Shown here piece after piece: positions 52,101 through 64,000 of a DNA stretch of 64,000 nucleotides. The stretch's first letter is position 1. Every line of letters begins with the position of its first letter. The notes beneath the pieces were generated by a model. That model made no database searches. It was not told where the DNA came from and saw only the letters and a list, made by a program, of their open reading frames with translations. Source of the stretch: Dictyostelium discoideum (taxonomy: Eukaryota); assembly GCA_000004695.1 (NCBI GenBank), contig CM000154.2, positions 3,072,001 through 3,136,000 on the forward strand, written 5' to 3'. The translations under genes were made by a program, and so were the position numbers.

Positions 52101-53580
52101 GTGATTTCAAAAGTGATGATTGCTTATCATTCTTTTTGAATTCAGTGGTCAAAGAGTTTATTGATTGTTGAAATTCTTCAATTTCGGTTTTAGTATTTTG
52201 ATGATTGGCTAAAAAACCATTCTTTATAGTTTGGTGGATTTTATTACCTTCAATTGAATTCCTTCTAATTGCTTGATAATAATTTTCAATTGATTTCAAA
52301 TTCTTTCTAATTTGTTGAGATATTGGTGATTGACCATTATAAACATTACTTGTATTTTCAATCTTTTGCATATATTTCTTTAATGTTGAATTTGGATATA
52401 CATTTGAATTACCACTTAATTCATTCTTTATTGGTGTAGAAATTGGTGTTGAAATTGGTGTTGGTGCTGAATTTTGTCTTTTAAATGGTTGTTGTTGAGA
52501 TTGTTGTTGTTGAGATGGTTGTTGAGATGGTTGTTGTTGTTTTTGTGATGGTGCAGTTGATACACTATTAGTAAATGTAGTTGACATTGATTTAATTGGG
52601 CTGATAGTTGGGATGGTTTTTGGTTTTTGTTGTTGTTGTGTTGATTGTTGTTGTTGTTGTTGTTGTTGGAAGATTGAAGTTGTTGGTGCTTGTTGTTGTT
52701 GGAGGATTGAAGTTGTTGGTGATTGCTGTTGTTGTTGGAAGATTGAAGTTGTTGGTGCTTGTTGTTGTTGTTGAAAGATTGAAGTTGTTGGTGCTTTCGG
52801 TTGTTGAAAGATTGAAGTTGTTGGTGTTTGTTGTGGTTGTTGGAATAAGGATGGAGCTGGTGTTTGTGTTGTTTGGAATAAAGATGAGGATGGTTGTTGT
52901 GGTTTTTGTTGTTGGAAAAGGGATGGGGTTTGTGATTGGAAAAGAGATGGTGTTTGTTGTTGTTGTTGTTGCTCTTGTTGTTGTTGTTGTTGTTGTTGTT
53001 GAATTGATTTTGGTGATTGAATTATTGATAAATTTTTTGAATTAATATTGAAAAGGTTTGAAAATTTGAAATGAGCAGAATCATCAACAATTAATAAAAT
53101 TGGAACAGGTGGGAAAGTACCATTGGTAGTATATTTTTGAATACCATTTAAATTTTTTGGTTGAGTTGGATAACATGTAATTAATTGCATACCCAATACA
53201 ACAGGATTTGGTAAAGTTATACCAAATTCGTCTTCTAATTTCAATGTTTTCCATTCTCTAGTTTTTGTATCGAGTTGAAGTAAATCTGGGCCCATACCTT
53301 TATTTGAACATACTATTAATAAATTCCAATCCTTAATAAAACTACTAGCTAAATGAATAGCCGATTGAAAATTACCCTCTGGCATAATAGATAATTGAAA
53401 TTCTTGGGACTTAGATTCATCATCTTTAAGATCAAATAAAAATGCTGGTGAATCTTCATATTCATCCATTCTAACAATATAATATTGAACTAATAAAAAT
53501 TCATCTGCAACTAAATTTATTGATGAAACTATATATATTTATTTTTAAAATAATTATTATTAATTAGTTTAAATTTCTAT

Positions 53581-53620
<40 letters not shown>

Positions 53621-54079
53621 CATTCAACTTACCATAGTAATTTAATTCTTCCTCTTCTTCATCTTCATCTTCATAATTAGTAATTGGATTTTCAATTCTA
53701 AAGATTTCATGACCTGGTTTACTTGAATCAATTAAAATAATACTAGAATCTTCTAATGCAACATAAATTTGTTTACTTTTTTTAACATCCCAACAAACTA
53801 TAATAATAAATAATAATAATAATAATATAGTTAGAAAAAAGAAATGGTATTGAATAATCATAAATAATAACAATATAAATATATATTTACCATCAACAGC
53901 AGGTTCTTCAATTTTATTTAAAGAACCATTTCCAATAGAAACAAAGAATAATGATGAATTTGCAGTTACAACAGCAATAGTATCATTTGAATGATTCCAC
54001 TTTGTTGATGCAATATTACTATCAAATTTACCATTAATTTCAACGATTGGTTTAATATTGACCCATTTCTATATAATAG

Positions 54080-54118
<39 letters not shown>

Positions 54119-54609
54119 ATTAGTATACTAATTTAATAGTTTATATGTATATTTTATATTTAAATAATTTTAATAAATGATGTTACCTTTGAAATTGAAT
54201 CTTTTGTTGAATAAACTTTTAAAGTTTTATGATAAGAAATTGAAAAGTAATCACCATTTGGTGAGAATAATAAATTGATTTTAAAAGATGTTTTGGTACT
54301 TGATGGTATTTCAAATACTTTTCCTACTTTAATAATGGTTGGACATGATAAAATGGTTGTTTGATCATTTGTATCTTGGTCATTGCTTTGAATGTAATTT
54401 AATAAACCCTCGATTGGTGTAACTAATAAATCATTCAACTCAGGTGATACAATTAATAATATACCATATTCATTTGAAATTGTAATAACATTGGAATCAA
54501 AATCAATCTTTGAATTATCATAACCTGATATATCTTGACCAATTTCAAAATCCTCTATATCTGATTTAAAATCATTAAATTTTAAATAATCTATATCTTG
54601 ACTTTCCAT
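49180..54609 (-). CDS. FG-repeat nucleoporin, Nup214/Nup159-like (N-terminal beta-propeller, Q-rich linker, E/K coiled-coil, C-terminal xFG repeats); exons (minus) 54609..54187, 54068..53891, 53797..53633, 53528..49180 (about 1704 aa)
   Basis: Four minus-strand segments join in frame with donors GTAACA (54186), GTAAAT (53890), GTAAGT (53632) and acceptors TATATAG, TTATAG, TATATAG. Introns are 118, 93 and 104 nt. Junctions read ...DSISK|WVNIKPIVEING...PAVD-G/V-CWDVKKSKQIYVALED...ELNYY-V-SSINLVADEFLLVQYYIVRMDEYEDSPAF. The C-terminal ~450 aa are (S/P)AFG(S/G)(T/S)P.TT xFG repeats. The middle has (E/K)-rich EREAKEKxEKEAKEK heptad/11-mer repeats from 33-nt DNA repeats around 50510..50940. Confidence 0.6.
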
Positions 54610-54754
54610 TGATTATATAAATATATATATATATAATTTTGTTTGTTATTTCGTTATATATATATAAACAAACAAATTAACAAAGAATCAAACAAACTCT
54701 AAATTTATTTAGTGTGTGTGGGTGTTTATTGCTTTGTGTATCAATTTCAACAAA

Positions 54755-54792
<38 letters not shown>

Positions 54793-54809
54793 AACACAAA
54801 AAAAAAATT

Positions 54810-54843
<34 letters not shown>

Positions 54844-54955
54844 TTAATTTAATATTTTTATTTCTAAAATTACAATTACTCTTTTGGGAATCATTTTAAA
54901 TTAATAAATAAAATTTTAAAAAATAAAATATTAAAATATTTAATTTATTTAATTT

Positions 54956-54992
<37 letters not shown>

Positions 54993-55026
54993 TTATTTTT
55001 TTTTTTAAATTTTAAAATGGCTTCGG

Positions 55027-55060
<34 letters not shown>

Positions 55061-55156
55061 TTTTTTTTCTCTTTCAGACCAAGCCTAGATTTTTGTAAAA
55101 TTTAATTTAATATATGAAAATTTTACATTTTTTTTTTATAAAATAACAAAAAAAAT

Positions 55157-55351
55157 ATGATATTTCAAGATGTCAGAGGATTTGAAGAAGAAGAAGATGA
55201 TTCAATCCTAATAACAGTTGATAACAATTATTTAAATAGATATAAAAATAAACATAATGGAAATAATCGGAGTAATAATAATAATAATAATAATAAAAAT
55301 AAAAATAATAATAATAATGATAGTAATAATGTAAAAATTAATAATGATAAC

Positions 55352-55415
<64 letters not shown>

Positions 55416-58194
55416 TTAGTAGTAATAATAATAATAGTAATAATAGTAATAATAATAATAATAGTAATAGTAATGGTAATAATAATAGTATTAATAATAG
55501 TATTAATAATGATAATAGTAGTAATAATAATAGTAGTAATAGATTATATGATAATGGTAGTGAAAGTTTAGATATAGGTGGTAGTAGTAGTATAAATGAT
55601 TTTGAAATGCCAGTTGATGCATATGACCATAATCAATTATATTTAAATGGTGGTATTGGTGATAGTGGTGGTGGTGGTTTAAAAAAAAGTTTAAAATTTT
55701 CAAAATTTTTAATTAAAAATAATGATGATGATAATAGTAATTTTGAAGAATTAGAAATTGAAATGATTAATGATGGTGATGACGAAGATGAGGACGATAT
55801 TAATGGTGATGATGAAGGTGGTAGTGAATCGAATAAAACACCATTTAGAAGGAACAGATCATTATTAGAATTTACACAAGGTTATGAAGATGGTGATGAA
55901 TTGGAAATTTCATGTGAAGGTGGTTCAACAATTAGTAGTTTATATAGGGATGAAGTAATTGCAGATTATTTCGAACCAAATGTTGATGAACAACCATACT
56001 ATAATAAATTAAAAATCAGACAACAACAACAATATCAACAACAACAATTAGCAATTCAACAATATCAACAACAGCAACAACAACAGCAGCAATCACAACA
56101 ACAACAACAACAACTTTCAACATCACCATCCTCAATAGCATCACCAATGTTACAAGCTGATCATCATAATTATTCTGAAAGAAAGATTAATATACCAAAG
56201 GTTAGATTTGGTAATAATGAACAACAACAACAACAACAAAGTGTACCAACTACACCAAGAACGACTACAACTGCAACTACAAATAAAAATACAAATATAA
56301 ATCAACAAGTTCAAGAACAAAGTAATAATAATAAACATATTAATGATAATATATTAGTTGAAGAAAGAAATAAAAATTATGAAAAACAAAGAAAAGAAAT
56401 TAATCAAGAAAAGAGGAATCAGTTTATACAAAAACATCAACAAAATTATAAACAACAAAAAGATAGTGATTCAGATATAATTGAGGAATCAGCAGGTGAA
56501 GGTGATGGACCAGAAGGTTCAAATAGTAAATTTGAAGATGATGATGATGATGATGAAGAGGATGATGATGATGATGATGATGATGATAAAGCAGAGTTAG
56601 TTTATTCATTTGATGAAATTAAAGGATGTAGTTGTTTTTCACCATATTTTAAAATTGTAGGAACAAATAGGAATTATACATTGTTATGGGTAGCATCATT
56701 AATTTCATTAGCAGGTGATTGGTTGAATGAAATTGCATGTTTGACAATACTAGATAATTTTCAAACAAGTAGTTCAGTGGTGGCAATGTTTTTAGTAGTA
56801 CGTGAGTCACCACCATTCCTATTCCAATTTTTAACAGGTGTTGTATCGGATACATTCGATAGAAGATACATTATGATTGTAGCAGATATAGTAAGAATGA
56901 TATTGGTTTTATTCTTTTTATTTGTTAGATCAAAAAGTTTAACATGGCTATTATTCGTATTGGCATTCCTACAATATGGTACAGGTAGTTTCTATAATCC
57001 AAGTAAAAGTGCACTATTACCATCGATCGTACCAAAACAAGACCTAGTAACAGCAAATGCCCTCGACCAAAGTTCATACTCTTCAATGATGCTTTTGGGT
57101 GCATCAATAGGTGGTATCATTTCATTCACACTTGGTACAGATGTCAATTTCATTTTAGATTCTCTAACATATGCCTCTTCAGGAATTTGTATATTTTTAT
57201 TAATTAAAAATACTAAATATTTATCAAAATCATCAAAAAATAAAAATAAAAATAAAAGTAATATAGTAAATGAAAAAGATCAAGAATTAAATAATAATAG
57301 TATAGAATTAAAAAATAATAATAAAGATAATATATCATTAATTAAAAATGATCAATTAAATCAAAATCAAAATAATAATAATAATGAAGAAGAAGAAGAA
57401 ATAGACGTTAATAATAGTAATAATAATAATAAAAAAAGTATTGGTAATTTATTTAAAGAATTTTTTTCAACTTATAAATATGGTTTCAAATATTTAATGG
57501 AAAATAAATATATATTTTTAATTGTATTTTCAAAAGCATGTGGATCATTAATTTGGGGTGTTGCAGATATGGTTAATATTCAAATTGCAAAGACAACATT
57601 TAAAATGGGAGATGAAGGATCTTTAAGCTTAGGTATTATTTTAGGTGCTGGTGGATTTGGAATTTTAATGATTCCATTATTCTTTTCAAGAATTGTTAAA
57701 GATGTACCAAGTAATTATAACAAAATATTAAAAGTTGGTTTCTTTATGAATGGATTTTGTACTTTTTGTTTGGGTTTATCAGCTAATCATTTCCCACTTT
57801 ATTTAATTTTCAATGCAATAAGATCAAGTTCAACATGTATAATTTGGATGTATTCTTCATCATTCCTTCAACAATTATTACCTGATGAAGTTAGAGGTAG
57901 AGTTTTCTCTTTAGAATATGCTTTAATTACAATTTGTAAGTTATTATTATTATTATTATTATTAAATATTATTTATTATTTATTATTTATTATTGTACTA
58001 ACTTTAATTTTTTAATTTTTAATTTTTTAAAAAAAAAATTAGTTAATAATATATCAAAATTAGTTGTTGGTTATTTAATTGATAATACAAAATATTCACT
58101 TAAAGAAATATTAATATCAACTGGTTTCATTGGTATTTTAATGTTTGCAATTTGGTTAATGTTATTTAAAAGATTCAAAAGATCAAGTAAATAA
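55157..58194 (+). CDS. Major facilitator superfamily transporter with about 480-aa low-complexity N-terminal extension; exons 55157..57935, 58043..58194 (976 aa)
   Basis: The N-terminal half is poly-N/D/Q/E. From about residue 490: TLLWVASLISLAGDWLNEIACLTIL...FLTGVVSDTFDRRYIMIVADIVRMILVLF...LAFLQYGTGSFYNPSKSALLPSIVPKQDLVTANALDQSSYSSMMLLGASIGGII..., with 12-TM MFS topology and a loop insertion. The ORF continues ITIC then a GTAAGT donor (57936), a 107-nt intron ending AATTAG (58042), then F-NNISKLVVGYLIDNTKYSLKEILISTGFIGILMFAIWLMLFKRFKRSSK*. The poly-Leu tail of ORF 55157..58015 is intron read-through. Confidence 0.7.
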
Positions 58195-58589
58195 TAATAA
58201 TAATAATATTATGGAAAATAAATAAAAAAATAAATAAAATTATATATTTTCCAAATTGTAAGGTTACAATAAAATTTCAAATTTTTCTCATTGTTTTCAA
58301 AAATTAATGGAGACTTCACACACATACATATGAAATATTAAAAATAAAAATAAAAAAGTATCTTTGTCGATTAAAAATAAATATCGAACCAAATAAGGAT
58401 TTTTTTTTTTTTTTAAATAATTTTATTTTTATTTTTATTTTTTTTATTTTTTCTTTTTTTTATCGAATCAGAAATCATTTTAAAATTAAACATAGAAAAG
58501 TATAACTAAAAATTATTTTTTATTTTTTTTATTTTTTTATTTTTTTTTTATTTTTTTTTATTTTTTTGTCATTTTTGGTGGGCGAAAGT

Positions 58590-58632
58590 GCGTATGTACT
58601 TGGCGAATAAAATGAATTTGGAGGTGTGGTGG
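58590..58632 (+). promoter_or_regulatory. G-rich G-box-like element between the MFS gene 3' end and family-B gene 59180
   Basis: ggtgggcgaaagtgcgtatgtacttggcgaataaaatgaatttggaggtgtggtggttttggag. GGAGGTGTGGTGGTTTTGG is a G/T-rich box about 550 bp upstream of the ATG at 59180. Confidence 0.3.
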
Positions 58633-58674
58633 TTTTGGAGTTAATAAATTAAACTTTCATCTTTAAAAAAATCT

Positions 58675-58712
<38 letters not shown>

Positions 58713-59095
58713 AACTTTTTATTTAGCATTGTTTAAATATTAATATTTATTGGATGGAATTTTTATTTAATTTAATTTTTTTTTTTTTTATTTTTTTTTT
58801 ATTTTTTATATTTTATTTTATTTTTTTTTTATTTTTTTTTTTTGTATACAACATATTTCCATTTTATTTTTATTTTTATTTTTATTTTTTTTTGTTTTAA
58901 ATTTCAAAACCTTAAAATATCTCAAAAAAAAACAATAAAAATTTCAAAAAAAAAAAAAAAAAAAAAAAAAAAATCGATTTTTTTAACAACGTTTTTTCAT
59001 TTAAACAAAAATTTCAAAAAAAAAAAAATAAAAAATTATGATAATTTATTTATATATTATTTTTTAATAATAATAATAATAATTAAAATAATTAA

Positions 59096-59170
59096 AATAA
59101 TTAAAATAATTAAAATAATTAAAATAATTAAAATAATTAAAATAATTAAAATAATTAAAATAATAATAAT
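59096..59170. repeat. 9-bp tandem repeat (AATTAAAAT) x8 abutting the start codon
   Basis: ataattaaaataattaaaat... x8, then (AAT)4, then ATG at 59180. ORF 58842..59183 (poly IIK) is its translation. Confidence 0.85.
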
Positions 59171-59179
59171 AATAATAAA

Positions 59180-62890
<3,711 letters not shown>

Positions 62891-63427
62891 AATTAAAATT
62901 AAAATATTTATATTTAATTTTTTTTTTTTTTCTTTATTTTTTTATTTTTTTTTATCTTTATTTTCATTGTTTATGGATTTACTATTTTAATATCTATATT
63001 TTATATATAAATATATATATATATATATATTTAAATAATTTAATAAAAAAATAAAAAAAAAAAATAAAAAATTTCAATCGGATGAGATTTTTTAAATTAT
63101 TTTGTGTATTAAAAATAGATTTGGGAAAAGACAAACTAAAAATAATTGTGACGGGGTTATTTTTATTTTTTAATTTTTTTTTTTTTTTTTTTTTTTAATT
63201 ATTATTTTTTTTTTTTTTTTTTTTTTTTTGTTTATTGAATTTTGATAAAATATAAAATAACAATATAAAACAACCCACAACGAACTAATAATATAAATTA
63301 AACAATTTTATCAACTTTTTTTATTTATTTATTTTTTTCAATTTATTATTTTCAATTTATTTATTATTTTTTTTTTTGATTTTTTTTTTTTTTATTATCA
63401 CTATTCAGTTGTGTCTTATTCAAATAA

Positions 63428-63508
<81 letters not shown>

Positions 63509-64000
63509 TAATAATAAAATAATAATAAATCATTAATTATAAACACAAAATCATTATTTTTTTTTATTTTTATTTTTATTTTTTAATTTATTTTAATATA
63601 TCTTTTTTTATTTTTTTTTTTTTTATTTTTTTAATTTTTTCACAATTTTAAATTTTTTTTTTTTTTTTTTTTCATTTTTTTTATTTTTTTCACCTAAACC
63701 AATTTACAGGCTTGTCCTGCAATAATATAAACTTTATAGTTTTTATTTATTTTATTTTATTTTATTTTTTTTAATTGTAAGTGCTTATAATAATATAGTG
63801 ATAATAACTATTATTATTTTAAAAAAAATATATTAATATTTATATTCAATTAAATTATTATTATTATTATTATTTTTATTATTTTTTTTTTTAAAATTCC
63901 ATATAATCTATTTTTACATATCCAATAACATCACACCTAAAAATAACAAAAAAAAAAAAAAACAATAATAATAATAAATATTATTTATTATCACATATAA

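Overview
This window looks like nuclear DNA from a social amoeba, Dictyostelium discoideum-like, not from a prokaryote. The basis is AT content near 78-80%, long homopolymer A/T runs between genes, (AAT)n/(CAA)n microsatellites translated as poly-Asn/Gln inside ORFs, and short AT-rich introns with GTAAGT or GTATGT donors and (T/A)AG acceptors. There are no CRISPR arrays, operons or prokaryotic defence loci.

I built spliced gene models by hand from the six-frame track plus splice-site inspection. Recognisable genes are:
- a BEM46/ABHD13-like alpha/beta hydrolase (3 exons);
- a low-complexity protein with a C-terminal tandem Tudor-like region;
- an ADP-ribosylarginine hydrolase (4 exons, including a 38-nt micro-exon);
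- an atypical homeobox protein;
- a DEP + RasGEF protein (2 exons);
- a gp91phox-type NADPH oxidase (3 exons, 517 codons; symbol noxA is a guess from that length);
- a BBE-like FAD-linked oxidase;
- an Nhp2/L7Ae H/ACA snoRNP protein;
- a Nup214/Nup159-like FG nucleoporin (4 exons, about 1704 aa);
- an MFS transporter with a long low-complexity N-terminal extension (2 exons);
- a B-box + FNIP-repeat protein (2 exons);
- an LRR/EGF type-I membrane protein (at least 5 exons);
- tRNA-Lys(UUU) with a downstream external B box;
- several small membrane or tail-anchored proteins.

The most unusual structure is a tandem array of three large lineage-specific paralogs (21903..24689, 24922..27528, 31046..33739, all +). 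They share a nearly identical core of about 100 aa. A fourth, distant member lies at 59180..62890. The array is bracketed by an inverted pair of minus-strand paralogs (20553..21416 and 33859..35448), and the B-box/FNIP gene sits inside it.

Other candidates absent from the ORF track are a 59-aa signal-peptide/4-Cys secreted peptide gene (2 exons, minus strand) and two box C/D snoRNA-like elements. Exon coordinates come from frame arithmetic done by eye and should be checked with RNA-seq or a protein-aware splice aligner.
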